A DNA stretch of 64,000 nucleotides from an uncultured Mycobacteriaceae bacterium (GTDB taxonomy: Bacteria; Pseudomonadota; Alphaproteobacteria; DSM-16000; Inquilinaceae), in NCBI GenBank assembly GCA_964613585.1, contig CAZTHL010000008.1, positions 8,874 to 72,873 of the forward strand, written 5' to 3'. The position numbers were made by a program, and so were the translations under genes. The notes under the pieces were generated by a model, which was not told the DNA's origin, searched no databases, and saw only the letters and a list, made by a program, of their open reading frames with translations. Positions 30,094 to 39,282 of this stretch are shown here, piece by piece. Each line of letters begins with the position of its first letter. The first letter of the stretch is position 1.

Positions 30094-30260
30094 CATCACA
30101 GCTTCCGGCGGCGGCAAGATGCCCCCGTGCCGCCGTCGGCCGGCGGGGGCGGCTCCAAGGCGGGCCGCCCTCGCCATATCCTGGAGACGGTCCTGTTTTC
30201 GACTCCGTGCCCGGAGGCGAGCCGAGCTAGGCTTGCGGATCGATCTCCGGGCCAACGTCG

Positions 30261-31073
30261 TTGACAGTGAACCGCTTCTTTTTGGCCTTTGCCCTGCTCC
30301 TGCTGGCGACGGAGGCTCCCCCGGCCTCGGCGCCCGTGCCGATGCCGGGCGAGCTGCAGGCCGGCGGCCGCGCCATCGTGACCAGGGTCGTGGACGGCGA
30401 CACGGTCCTTACGAAGGCGGGCGACGAGATCCGGCTGGTCGGTATCCAGGCTCCCAAGCTGCCGTTGGGCCGGCCCGATTTCGAGCCCTGGCCCCTGGCC
30501 GACGAGGCACGGGCGGCGCTTGAGGACCTGGTGCTGGGCCGGACCGTGCGACTGGCCTACGGCGGGCTCCGCAGCGACCGGCACCGGCGCCGGCTCGCGC
30601 ATCTGGCGGGGCCGGACGGGGCCTGGATCCAGGGCGAGATGTTGCGCCGCGGGCTGGCGCGGGTCTACACCTTTCCCGACAATCGGGCGCTCGCCGCCGA
30701 GATGCATGCGCTGGAGCGCGAGGCGCGCACGGCCGGCCGGGGCATCTGGGCCGATCCCCATTACGCCGTGCGCGACCCGGGCGAGACCCGGGAACTCATC
30801 GGCACCTTTCAGGTGGTCGAGGGCACCGTGCTCGACGCCGCGGAGGTGCGCGGCCGCCACTACCTCAATTTCGGGCCCGACTGGCGGACCGACTTCACCG
30901 TCAGCATCGCCCCCCGCGACCTTCCGGCCTTCGAAGCCGCCGGTGTCGATCCGCTCGCCCTGGCCGGCCGTGCGATTCGGGTGCGCGGCTGGCTCATCTG
31001 GCGCAACGGCCCGATGATCGAGGCGGATCATCCCGAGCAGATCGAGCGCGCCGCCCCCAGGGACGGGGCCTGA
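30261..31073 (+). CDS. Secreted thermonuclease (SNase)-family protein
   Basis: Signal peptide, then VVDGDTV...IRLVGIQAPK and GEMLRRGLARVY SNase motifs. TTG 30261 or GTG 30267 start. Confidence 0.75.
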   Translation: MTVNRFFLAFALLLLATEAPPASAPVPMPGELQAGGRAIVTRVVDGDTVLTKAGDEIRLVGIQAPKLPLGRPDFEPWPLADEARAALEDLVLGRTVRLAYGGLRSDRHRRRLAHLAGPDGAWIQGEMLRRGLARVYTFPDNRALAAEMHALEREARTAGRGIWADPHYAVRDPGETRELIGTFQVVEGTVLDAAEVRGRHYLNFGPDWRTDFTVSIAPRDLPAFEAAGVDPLALAGRAIRVRGWLIWRNGPMIEADHPEQIERAAPRDGA

Positions 31074-31077
31074 CGCC

Positions 31078-31827
31078 GTGGCCGTGCTGCACGTGATCGC
31101 CACGCCGATCGGCAACCTCGAGGATGTGTCCCATCGGGCCGTCCGTCTCCTGGGCGAGCTCGAGGCCCTGGCCGCCGAGGACACGCGTGTCACCCGCCGT
31201 TTGCTCGAGCGGTACGGCATCGCGCGGCCGCGGCACCTGTTCGCCTGCCACGAGCATAACGAGCAGGCGGCGGCCCGACACATCGCCCGGCTGCTCGACG
31301 AGGGCACCGATGTCGGCCTGTGCACGGACGCCGGCACGCCCGGCATCAGCGATCCCGGCTATCGGGCCGTCGTGGCGGCGCTGGAGGCCGGACACGAGGT
31401 CCGCACAGTGCCCGGGCCGAGCGCGGTTCCCGCGGCCCTGGCCGTCTCGGGCCTGTCCGCCGCCAGCTACACCTTCCTCGGGTTTCCGCCACGCAAGACG
31501 GGCCAGCGCCGGCGCCTTCTGGCGCGCGAGTCCGCTGCCGAGCATACCCTGGTCCTGTTCGAGTCGCCGCACCGGATCGCCGGCCTCCTGCAGGACGCGC
31601 TCGGTGAGCTGGGCGACCGGCGGGCGGCCATCTGCCTCGAGCTCACCAAGCTCCACGAAAGGGTCGAGCGGGGCTGGCTGAGCGAGCTCGCCGGGCGCTT
31701 CGCCGATACGCCGACGCGCGGCGAGATCACCGTGGTCATCGCCGGCTCGAACCCGAAGTTCCGCCGCGCCGAGCCCCGCGCCATGCCGTCCACGGATAAT
31801 CGCGAGCTGACCGACGAGGCCCCGTGA
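31078..31827 (+). CDS. rsmI: 16S rRNA 2'-O-methyltransferase RsmI-like (tetrapyrrole-methylase fold)
   Basis: LHVIATPIGNLEDVSHRAVRLLGELEALAAEDTR N-terminus. GTG lies 5 nt after the nuclease stop. It is short (249 aa) for RsmI. Confidence 0.75.
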   Translation: MAVLHVIATPIGNLEDVSHRAVRLLGELEALAAEDTRVTRRLLERYGIARPRHLFACHEHNEQAAARHIARLLDEGTDVGLCTDAGTPGISDPGYRAVVAALEAGHEVRTVPGPSAVPAALAVSGLSAASYTFLGFPPRKTGQRRRLLARESAAEHTLVLFESPHRIAGLLQDALGELGDRRAAICLELTKLHERVERGWLSELAGRFADTPTRGEITVVIAGSNPKFRRAEPRAMPSTDNRELTDEAP

Positions 31828-32213
31828 CGGGGCCATGACACACCTGGCGACACCCGCGCGAGCCTGCCCGGCGCTCACGACGCTGCAGTCGATCGAGCGT
31901 CGTCTTCGGCTTTGCCCGATCATCGCCAGCCTGCTTCTGACCGTGCGGATCCGCGCCCGGTGGGCCCCGGAGCACCACGGGCGGTCAGACGGTGATTGGC
32001 TGGTTCTTCGAGGCCACCGTTCTCCAGCCCTTCGACTATGGCCGCTATCCCCTGGAGCACAAGACGGTGTCGATCCGCCACGGTTTGGCCTCACCGAGGA
32101 GGCCAGCCTACGGCAGCACGGCCGCAGCGCCTGAATCCAACGACCATGCCGACACGGGCCCGAACGGTCTTCTCGCGTACCTTGTGATCTTTCCGGTCAC
32201 TGCCGACGCTTTC

Positions 32214-33584
32214 CTATCGGCCGCTCGCCGGCCGGTGTCCATGCGCATCTTTGGCGCGGGCGACGCTCTCCACCTCAAGCTCGCCTCCTGGCCGGTGGTT
32301 CTGGGCGCGGCGGCGCTCCTCACGCATCTGTCGCGGTGACCGGCGGGTCGGCCCGGCGACGATGTCGGGCGGCTCGAGGGTCCGCTCGGCCTCGCCGATG
32401 TAGTCGCGGGTCAGCGGCACCGCGTCGACCGAGCGCGCCATCTGCATCTGGAAGACCAGATGGCCGCCGTGGCGGAAGGCCAGCTCCGCCCCGGCCAGGT
32501 AGAACTCCCACATCCGGCAGAAGCGCTCATCGTACAGCGCCCGCACCGTGGCACGATTGGCCTGGAAGCGGCGCCGCCAATGACGCAGGGTCTGCGCGTA
32601 ATGCAGGCGCAGGATCTCCAGGTCGGTGATCCACAGGCCGCAGCGCTCGACCACGGGAACGACCTCGGACAGGGCCGGGCTGTAGCCGCCCGGGAAGATG
32701 TATTTGCGCAGCCAGGGCCCCGTCGCGCTGGGTCCGCCCATGCGGCCGATGGAGTGCAGCAGCGCGACGCCGTCCTCGGTCAGCAGGTCCTGCAGCCTGC
32801 CGAAGAAGCGCGAATAGTTCGGCACGCCGACATGCTCGAACATGCCGACCGAGACGATCCGGTCGAAGCGGCCCTCGACCTCACGGTAGTCGCGGAGCTC
32901 GAAGCGCACCCGGTCGGCGAGGCCGGCCTCGTCCGCGCGCTCCCGGGCCTTCCTCAGCTGCTCCTCCGAGAGGGTGACGCCGAGCACCTCGACATCGGCA
33001 GCCCGGGCCACGTGCAGGGCGAGCCCGCCCCAGCCGCAGCCGATGTCGAGCACCCGCAGGCCCGGCCGCAGCAGCAGCTTGGCCGCGATGTGCGTCTTCT
33101 TGGCGTGTTGCGCCTCGTCGAGGCCGAGATCGGGCTGCCGGAAATAGCCGCAGGAATATTGCCAGCCGCGGTCGAGGAACTGCGCGTAGAGCTGATCCGA
33201 GAGATCATAGTGATGGCTGACGTTGCGGCGCGACAGGCCCAGAGGGTTGCGCTGCTGCCAGACCCGGGCCACCCGACCGTACAGGCGGAGCAGCCAGCGC
33301 CCACGCACCGCCGAGCCGACGCCCAGATTGGTGGTCAGGACGTCGAGGACGTCATAGAGGCGGCCGTCATCGACGGTCAGCGTGCCGTCCATGTACGCCT
33401 CGCCGATCGCCAGCCGCGGGTCCAGAAACAGCCGACGGGCCGTCCCGGCATCGTGCACGCGGCAGACGGCGGGCGGCCGGGCGGCCGAGGCGGCATCGCC
33501 GAGCCGGTAGGCTCGGCCTCGATGGTCGACCAGGATCAGCGCTCCGGTCTTGATCAGCTTGTCGAGAAAGCGGGCTAACAGCAT
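32214..33584 (-). CDS. cfa: Cyclopropane-fatty-acyl-phospholipid synthase
   Basis: HYDLSDQLYAQFLD...SCGYF...VLDIGCGWGGLALHVA. The C-terminal tail is long relative to typical Cfa. Confidence 0.88.
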   Translation of the reverse strand: MLLARFLDKLIKTGALILVDHRGRAYRLGDAASAARPPAVCRVHDAGTARRLFLDPRLAIGEAYMDGTLTVDDGRLYDVLDVLTTNLGVGSAVRGRWLLRLYGRVARVWQQRNPLGLSRRNVSHHYDLSDQLYAQFLDRGWQYSCGYFRQPDLGLDEAQHAKKTHIAAKLLLRPGLRVLDIGCGWGGLALHVARAADVEVLGVTLSEEQLRKARERADEAGLADRVRFELRDYREVEGRFDRIVSVGMFEHVGVPNYSRFFGRLQDLLTEDGVALLHSIGRMGGPSATGPWLRKYIFPGGYSPALSEVVPVVERCGLWITDLEILRLHYAQTLRHWRRRFQANRATVRALYDERFCRMWEFYLAGAELAFRHGGHLVFQMQMARSVDAVPLTRDYIGEAERTLEPPDIVAGPTRRSPRQMREERRRAQNHRPGGELEVESVARAKDAHGHRPASGR

Positions 33585-33759
33585 GGTGAGTCGGGGAGAA
33601 ACATTGGCCTGTGCCGATAAAGGCGCCGGCGGGGCCCGGGTTCCGCACCCGCGCGCGCATCCGCGGCCCGCGCCGTGACCGGGGCTCTGCGACCCCGGAA
33701 GCCCGGCCGACCACGAGCCCGCGCGGAGCCAGGGGCGGCCTTGCGGGCATGAATGCGTC

Positions 33760-34749
33760 TCAGAAGTCCGTGCCCAGCACCCGATCCGGCGGCGTGTGGC
33801 CGTCGCTGAAGGCCCGGATATTGATGATCACCTTGCGGCCCATGTCGATCCGGCCCTCGACGGTGGCCGAGCTCATGTGCGGCAGCAGGACGACCTGAGG
33901 CAGGCGCATCAGCTTCGGGCTGATCGCCGGCTCATGCTCGTACACGTCGAGGCCGGCGCCGGCGATGGCGCCGTTCGCCAGCATGCGCGCCAGGCATTGC
34001 TCGTCGACGATCTCGCCGCGGGCGGTGTTGACCAGGATCGCTTCCTTCTTCAGCAGCCCGAGCCGACGCGCCGACAGGAGATGGTACGTGCCCGGCGTGT
34101 GCGGACAATTGACCGAGATGATGTCCATGCGCGCCAGCATCTGGTCGAGGCTGTCCCAATAGGTCGCCTCGAGCGGCTCCGCCACCTCGGCCGCCGCGGG
34201 TCGGCGATTATGGTAATGGATCGACAGTCCGAAGCCGCGGGCGCGCTGGGCCAGCGCGGTGCCGATGCGGCCCATGCCGACGATGCCCAGGCGCTTGCCG
34301 TGCAGCCGATGGCCGAGCATCGCGGTGGGGCTCCAGCCGGTCCAGCCGCCGGCGCGCACCAGGCGCTCGCCCTCGGTCAGCCGGCGCGCCACGGCCAGGA
34401 TCAGCGCCATGGTCATGTCCGCCGTGTCCTGGGTAAGCACGCCCGGCGTGTTCGACACGACGATCCCGGCGGACCGGGCGGCCCGGAGATCGATGTGGTC
34501 GACGCCGGTGCCGAAATTTGCAATCAAGCGGCAGCGGTGACGGGCGGCCTCCAGCACGTCCGCGTCGATCCGGTCGGTCACGGTCGGCACCAGCACGTCG
34601 GCCGTCGCCACCGCCTCGATGAGCTCGGCCTTGGCGAGGGGCCGGTCGTTCAGATTGAGGCGTGTGTCGAACAGCTCCATCATGCGCGTCTCGACCACCT
34701 CAGGCAGCTTGCGCGTGACCACGACCACGGGCCGCTTGCGCTCGGTCAT
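33760..34749 (-). CDS. D-isomer-specific 2-hydroxyacid dehydrogenase (glyoxylate/hydroxypyruvate reductase-like), paralog 1
   Basis: ATG at 34749. GIVGMGRIG NAD motif and the catalytic R...E...H pattern (NTARG, LLPHMSSAT). Confidence 0.88.
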   Translation of the reverse strand: MTERKRPVVVVTRKLPEVVETRMMELFDTRLNLNDRPLAKAELIEAVATADVLVPTVTDRIDADVLEAARHRCRLIANFGTGVDHIDLRAARSAGIVVSNTPGVLTQDTADMTMALILAVARRLTEGERLVRAGGWTGWSPTAMLGHRLHGKRLGIVGMGRIGTALAQRARGFGLSIHYHNRRPAAAEVAEPLEATYWDSLDQMLARMDIISVNCPHTPGTYHLLSARRLGLLKKEAILVNTARGEIVDEQCLARMLANGAIAGAGLDVYEHEPAISPKLMRLPQVVLLPHMSSATVEGRIDMGRKVIINIRAFSDGHTPPDRVLGTDF

Positions 34750-34831
34750 CCGGCGACTCCGCTTTCCGCCTTCGTTCCGCCGCGCCGAGCCGGGGCGCGG
34801 ATGGCCTCGACGATACAAGCCGTCCCATGCC

Positions 34832-35437
34832 GTGGCCAGTGCCCGGCCGGCCCCGCCGCCAAGCCGGGCCGCCGCCGGGCGGGTAGCCCTGGCGTCGACC
34901 GCCGGAGCGGCGGCGCGGCTGGCGGCGCGCGCCGTGCTACTGGCCGTCCTCTGGGCCGTGCCGGCCGCCTCCGGCGCGGCCGGTGACGGGCCGGGGACAC
35001 CGCGCTTCGCCACGGTCAACACGGATCGCGCCAATGTCCGGACCGGGCCGGGCTTGCGCTATCCGGTCGAATGGGTGTTCGTGCGCCGGCACATGCCGGT
35101 CGAGGTGGTCGCCGAGTTCGACACCTGGCGCCGGGTCCGCGACTGGGAAGGGGCGGAAGGCTGGATGCACCAGTCCCTGCTGTCGGGACGGCGCGGCGTG
35201 ATCATCCGCGGCCGCGAGCCCTGGCCGCTGCGCGCCGACGCCAGCCCGACCGCGCCGGTGCGGGCGCGGATCGAGCCGGGGGTGATCGGTCGCCTGCTGG
35301 AATGCCCGGCCCGCTCGCCAGGCACACCCGGCCTCGCCGACCCGGGCGGCTGGTGCCGCGTCGAGATCGCAGCCCTGCGCGGCTGGCTGCCACGTCAGGC
35401 CCTGTGGGGGGTCTACGACGATGAGCAGGTGGATTAG
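34832..35437 (+). CDS. Periplasmic bacterial SH3-like (DUF1058-type) protein
   Basis: RFATVNTDRANVRTGPGLRYPVEWVF...WRRVRDWEGAEGWMHQSLLS. GTG at 34832 gives a basic-then-hydrophobic leader (alternative GTG at 34934). TAG stop abuts repeat copy F. Confidence 0.7.
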   Translation: MASARPAPPPSRAAAGRVALASTAGAAARLAARAVLLAVLWAVPAASGAAGDGPGTPRFATVNTDRANVRTGPGLRYPVEWVFVRRHMPVEVVAEFDTWRRVRDWEGAEGWMHQSLLSGRRGVIIRGREPWPLRADASPTAPVRARIEPGVIGRLLECPARSPGTPGLADPGGWCRVEIAALRGWLPRQALWGVYDDEQVD

Positions 35438-35692
35438 ACCGTTTCCGCCGGACGCGGAGTCGAGACCGGCCGCTCCTCCACCCGGCCAGCTTACACCGCC
35501 GAGCATACCGCCGAGTCGACGAGTTGACTGGTCGGCTCGGCCGGTGGCGCGCCCGCCAACCCTGCCGCCGTCCGGGCGCGCCATCGCACGCCCATGGCTG
35601 ACGCCGTAGGCTCACTGGCATCAAGCCTACGGTCGGTCGGTGGCCGGGCGGGGAAGCGGGCCGGCGATGCCACTTGAGCCGGAAACGCTCGA
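35435..35692 (+). repeat. MITE/REP-like repeat, copy F (composite, carries nested type-2 hairpin repeat)
   Basis: Standard left arm (TAGACCGTTTCCGCCGGACGCGGAGTCGAGACCGGCCGCTCC) and right arm (...GGGAAGCGGGCCGGCGATGCCACTTGAGCCGGAAACGCTCGA). They are separated by a ~120-bp insert that includes 35531-35582 (type-2 repeat) and a 9-bp-stem hairpin at 35602-35630. Confidence 0.75.
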
Positions 35693-35889
35693 GAGGCGTT
35701 CCTGCCTGGACTCTCTCGCACGGCCCACCGCCGTGCGGCACAGCCACCGGCGTCAACCGAGGTGGGCTTCCGAGTTCGCCAGGGGGTCACATCCAAAGGT
35801 CCCTGGACAGCCTGCAGGCGGGACGGGCATGGCATCGCCGCCGGAAGGACGATCCAAGGCCACGCCCGCCCCCAAGAATCGGGGGCTTT

Positions 35890-35914
35890 GGAACCGGACC
35901 CTCGGTCGATAGTT
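35890..35914 (+). promoter_or_regulatory. Candidate EcfG-type (general stress response) promoter
   Basis: GGAAC (35890-35894) - 16 nt - AGTT (35911-35914), against the consensus GGAAC-N16/17-CGTT. It lies about 105 nt upstream of the NepR-like ORF. Confidence 0.4.
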
Positions 35915-36019
35915 TGCTGCGAGACCAGATCTTGAGCATTCCGGCGTAGGGAGCCACCGGGCGACCAGCCCGGGACCGGCCCCACTCATGAGAGGGCGCG
36001 GAGCGGCACTGGAGCGAGC

Positions 36020-36244
36020 ATGTCGATCATGAGGCCTACCGACGAGCTCCGCGACGACTTCGACCTATGGCTCCACCAGAGGCTGAAGGACATGTACGAC
36101 AGCGTGGCCTCCGAGGAGATCCCGCCGCATATGCGCGAGCTCATCGAGGAGGGTCGCCGTCGCCAGCTGGAAGACGGGCCTGACCCCGACGCGAAGCCGT
36201 GGAGCACTGCGTCTGAGGTCGGCACCGGGACCGGGGAGACGTGA
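36020..36244 (+). CDS. NepR-like anti-sigma factor (tentative)
   Basis: 74 aa, GGAG SD 5 nt upstream, high GC3. The core LHQRLKDMYDSVASEEIPPHMRELI fits the NepR pattern (L..Y..V..E.iP..l..L). Confidence 0.55.
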   Translation: MSIMRPTDELRDDFDLWLHQRLKDMYDSVASEEIPPHMRELIEEGRRRQLEDGPDPDAKPWSTASEVGTGTGET

Positions 36245-36260
36245 GCCGCCGCCGCGCCTC

Positions 36261-36290
36261 GGCGATGCCTCTTGGGCCGGAAACGCCCTA
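36261..36290 (+). repeat. MITE/REP-like repeat, copy G (right-end fragment)
   Basis: GGCGATGCCTCTTGGGCCGGAAACGCCCTA. The terminal CTA (36288-36290) is the TAG stop of the ECF sigma gene. Confidence 0.65.
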
Positions 36291-36971
36291 GCGCGGCCGC
36301 GGCGTTGTGGTGTTGCCGGCCGGGATGGGGCCCATGGGGCGTCGCGCGCGCCGGGCGGCGAGGCGCGCCTCTCCCGCGGCTTGGCGCAGCAAGGCGTCGA
36401 CATGGTGGTTGCTCAAGGCGAGCCGCTCCTCCTCGCCCTCGATACCGGGATTGGAGCCCGGCGGGGACGGCGGATCGTCGGATGAGCCCGGCGTGCCGGC
36501 CAGCACCGCCGCCAGCTCGGTCCGCGCCCGGGACAATCGGCTCTTGATCGTGCCGACGGCGCAATGGCACACGCGTGCCGCATCCTCGTAGCTCATGCCG
36601 CTGGCGCCGACCAAAATCAGGGCCTCGCGCTGCTCGGGCCGCAGCTGGCCCAGCGCCGCGCGCAGGTCGCGGATGGCCAGACGCTTGTCCTGGCTGGCTG
36701 GAACCGCGGCGTTGATCGCCGGGCTTTCGTCGAGGGACCCGGTCTTGGCGTCCTTGCGCCGGATCTCGCTGAGGTAGGCATTGCGCAGGATGGTAAAGAC
36801 CCAGGCGCGGAAGTTGGTCCCCGGAGCGTACTGGTGCTGGGCCGCCAGCGCCCGGGTCAGCGCCTCCTGGACCAGATCGTCGGCCCGGTCGGCGTTGCGG
36901 GTCAGCAGCCGCGCGAAGGCGCGCAGATGCGGGATCGACTCGATCAGTTCGTCGTGGAATGTCTGCGTCAT
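36288..36971 (-). CDS. ECF-type RNA polymerase sigma factor with ~55-aa C-terminal tail
   Basis: Region 2 (DDLVQEALTRAL...FRAWVFTILRNAYLSEIRR) and region 4.2 (MSYEDAARVCHCAVGTIKSRLSRAR). GGGAGG SD. Confidence 0.85.
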   Translation of the reverse strand: MTQTFHDELIESIPHLRAFARLLTRNADRADDLVQEALTRALAAQHQYAPGTNFRAWVFTILRNAYLSEIRRKDAKTGSLDESPAINAAVPASQDKRLAIRDLRAALGQLRPEQREALILVGASGMSYEDAARVCHCAVGTIKSRLSRARTELAAVLAGTPGSSDDPPSPPGSNPGIEGEEERLALSNHHVDALLRQAAGEARLAARRARRPMGPIPAGNTTTPRPR

Positions 36972-37189
36972 GGTGCCTCCCTGTGCCGTCTCGTGGGCGG
37001 AGCGAGGCGCGCGGCAGACGGCCCCTCCCGGACGATCCCTGGCCGTTCACACCCCCTCCCGGACGCGGCGACGGAGCGCGTCCGCCCGGCACGGGTTAGC
37101 CGGTCCCTTCCCGGCACCCCATGTCACTAATGAATGTAGGGAATTTGCCCATCGCCAGAGAAGAGTTTTCATGGCGCTTAGCTGTAAAT

Positions 37190-38581
37190 TCATGGCTCGG
37201 TCACAGGGTTCTCCCCCGCGGCAAGGCGATCGACGGCCGAAACATAGCGGTTTATGTCAAATTTTCTTTGGAGCCCGCTCTGAGCCATATACCGCGTCTT
37301 GCCGTAGATCGGTCTTTCCTGCCACGCGCGATCATGCTTTCCGAACAGCCAGGCCACGTTGGCAAAAGAATTCGGGTCTCGCCCGTCCAGGAAATACTTG
37401 TTATTGATGGCCAGGGCCCGGGCATGAGCCACCTCCGGTGACGGGCTCCATTCGAGGATCTTCTTGCCCCAATACATCCGCATGTAGTTGTGCATGAAGC
37501 CGGTCGTGCGCATCTCCTTCATCGCGGCGTTCCAGTAGCGATCGTCGGTGCGGCTCTGCTCCAGCTCTTCCTGAGAGTAGCAGGGATCGCGCACGTCGCG
37601 ACGGTGCTCGTCCAGAGACTTCCTCGCCCAGCCTTGCAGGCAGTCCAGGGTGTCGTAAGTAGACTCTGAATAATGTACAAAGTTTATCGACAGCTCTCGC
37701 CTGACGATCAGCTCCTCCAGGAAGCCGGCCCTGTCCTCCTCCGGCGCCCGCTCCGCGCGGCGCGCCGCCAGCACCAGCTCGACCGGCGAGATGTGGCCGA
37801 AATGCAGGTACGGGCTGAGCATCGAGGAATGCCAATCCGCCGGCTCGTTGCGCCTTTGGGCGTAGCCCGGCAGCGTCGTCTCGACGAAGCGGTCGAGCCG
37901 GCGCCGGGCCTCGCCGCGGCCGCCGATGAGCCGGCGCACCCGGCCGACCGACCGGTCGATGTCGAGCCGCGCCAGCAGCCCGTCCACGTCCGCGGGATCG
38001 GCGTCGCCACGGATCCCGAGGCCGAGCGAGGAGTGACGCGGCGTCGCCTCCGGCAGCTCGCGCAGATAGTCCTCGTAGCGCTTCATCAGCTTGGGCCGAA
38101 TCGTCCGGGCCTGGCTCTCGGCCTTGCCCGAGGCGGTCTCGACCGGCACCACCGCGTCGCCCTCGACCTGGACCAGCCGGCGCTCCAGCCGCTCGGCCAG
38201 GCTGCGCCGCCAGGCCCGCTGGTGGCGCAGATACCCCCGGTCGCACACCACCAGCGCCGCCCGATCGGCAAGGCCCGCCGCCACCTCGGGCGGCTCGCCC
38301 AGGCGCAGGACGAGGAGGATGCCCCGGTCGGCCAGCGCGCGCGCCGTCTCGGCCAGCCCTTCGAGCATGAAGGCATAATGGCGCTCGCGCGCGTCCGGAT
38401 AGGCCTCGGTGAGGCCGAAGCCGACGACGACCGGCAGGCCCAAGCGGTCGGCGGCGCCGATGGCCCATTCAAGCGCCGGATTGTGGCCGGCGCGCTGGGA
38501 CTGCTGCATCCAGTACAGGACATAGTCGCCGTCCCGCTCGGGCCGGTCCTTGAGGATCTTCACGCGGTCGGGCTCGATCAT
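37190..38581 (-). CDS. Class II CPD photolyase
   Basis: DYVLYWMQQSQRAGHNPALEWA N-terminus and C-terminal WQERPIYGKTRYMAQSGLQRKFD. 463 aa. Confidence 0.88.
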   Translation of the reverse strand: MIEPDRVKILKDRPERDGDYVLYWMQQSQRAGHNPALEWAIGAADRLGLPVVVGFGLTEAYPDARERHYAFMLEGLAETARALADRGILLVLRLGEPPEVAAGLADRAALVVCDRGYLRHQRAWRRSLAERLERRLVQVEGDAVVPVETASGKAESQARTIRPKLMKRYEDYLRELPEATPRHSSLGLGIRGDADPADVDGLLARLDIDRSVGRVRRLIGGRGEARRRLDRFVETTLPGYAQRRNEPADWHSSMLSPYLHFGHISPVELVLAARRAERAPEEDRAGFLEELIVRRELSINFVHYSESTYDTLDCLQGWARKSLDEHRRDVRDPCYSQEELEQSRTDDRYWNAAMKEMRTTGFMHNYMRMYWGKKILEWSPSPEVAHARALAINNKYFLDGRDPNSFANVAWLFGKHDRAWQERPIYGKTRYMAQSGLQRKFDINRYVSAVDRLAAGENPVTEP

Positions 38582-38781
38582 GTCTCAGCCTTATCCGTCG
38601 ACTCGGGCAACTTCGGGCGCAATAACATTAATCTCATGTCAACCACGAACCAGGGTCGGGGCACCGGGGATCCGGCCCGCAAGCGACGGGAACGCGGGAA
38701 GGCGTCCGGGCATTCACCGGCGGTATCGTCTGGAGCCGGGCCCGGACGCGGCCTCGCGGGGCCATAGAGGAGGCGTATCGG

Positions 38782-39282
38782 ATGACCATGAGACGAGGAT
38801 GCTTGACGATGGCGGCCGGGCTTGCCCTGGCGCTGGCGTTGGAGGCGCCGGCGCGGGCCCAGGAGCCCGCCACGGAGGTGCCCCCGCCCGGCGAGGCCGG
38901 GTCGCCGGGCGCCGAGGCGCGGACCGCGACCGAGACGGAGGCCGAGGCCGACGCCGCGACGGAGGCGAGCCCGACCGACCCGACGACCCTGCCGATGACC
39001 ACGGAGGCCAAGGACCTCGAGGCGAGCGACGAGCTGATCGGCGAGGTGGTGATCTCCGCCGATGGTGAGCGGGTCGGTGAGATCCAGGAGCTGCTGGTCC
39101 GTCCGGACGACAACACCGTGCACCATGTGGTCGTCGAGGTCGGAGGCGTGCTCGGCATCGGCGCCAAGCCGGTGGCCATCGACACCGAGTACCTGGCCCG
39201 CGAGCGGGACACCCGGGTCTGGGTCAGCAACCTGACCGCCGAGCAGATCGAGCAGCTGCCCGAGTTCGTGCCGCCGTCCTGA
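38782..39282 (+). CDS. Secreted PRC-barrel domain protein
   Basis: Signal peptide, an acidic T/E/A-rich linker, then LIGEVVISADGERVGEIQELLV...VVVEVGGVLGIGAKPVAI. Confidence 0.75.
   Translation: MTMRRGCLTMAAGLALALALEAPARAQEPATEVPPPGEAGSPGAEARTATETEAEADAATEASPTDPTTLPMTTEAKDLEASDELIGEVVISADGERVGEIQELLVRPDDNTVHHVVVEVGGVLGIGAKPVAIDTEYLARERDTRVWVSNLTAEQIEQLPEFVPPS

Noticed and set aside
30110-30134. GC-rich hairpins just after stop codons as intrinsic terminators: GGCGGCA-N11-TGCCGCC after rpoH, and GGCGGC-GAA-GCCGCC at 44101-44115 after dctM.
   Set aside because: The stems are short and are not followed by a T-tract. In this GC context such hairpins arise by chance, so they are not reported as features.
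31992-32339. A 115-aa plus-strand ORF between rsmI-like and cfa.
   Set aside because: It overlaps the cfa 3' end, has a mixed-composition translation with no motifs, and has no SD. It is kept only as part of an unassigned spacer in the findings.
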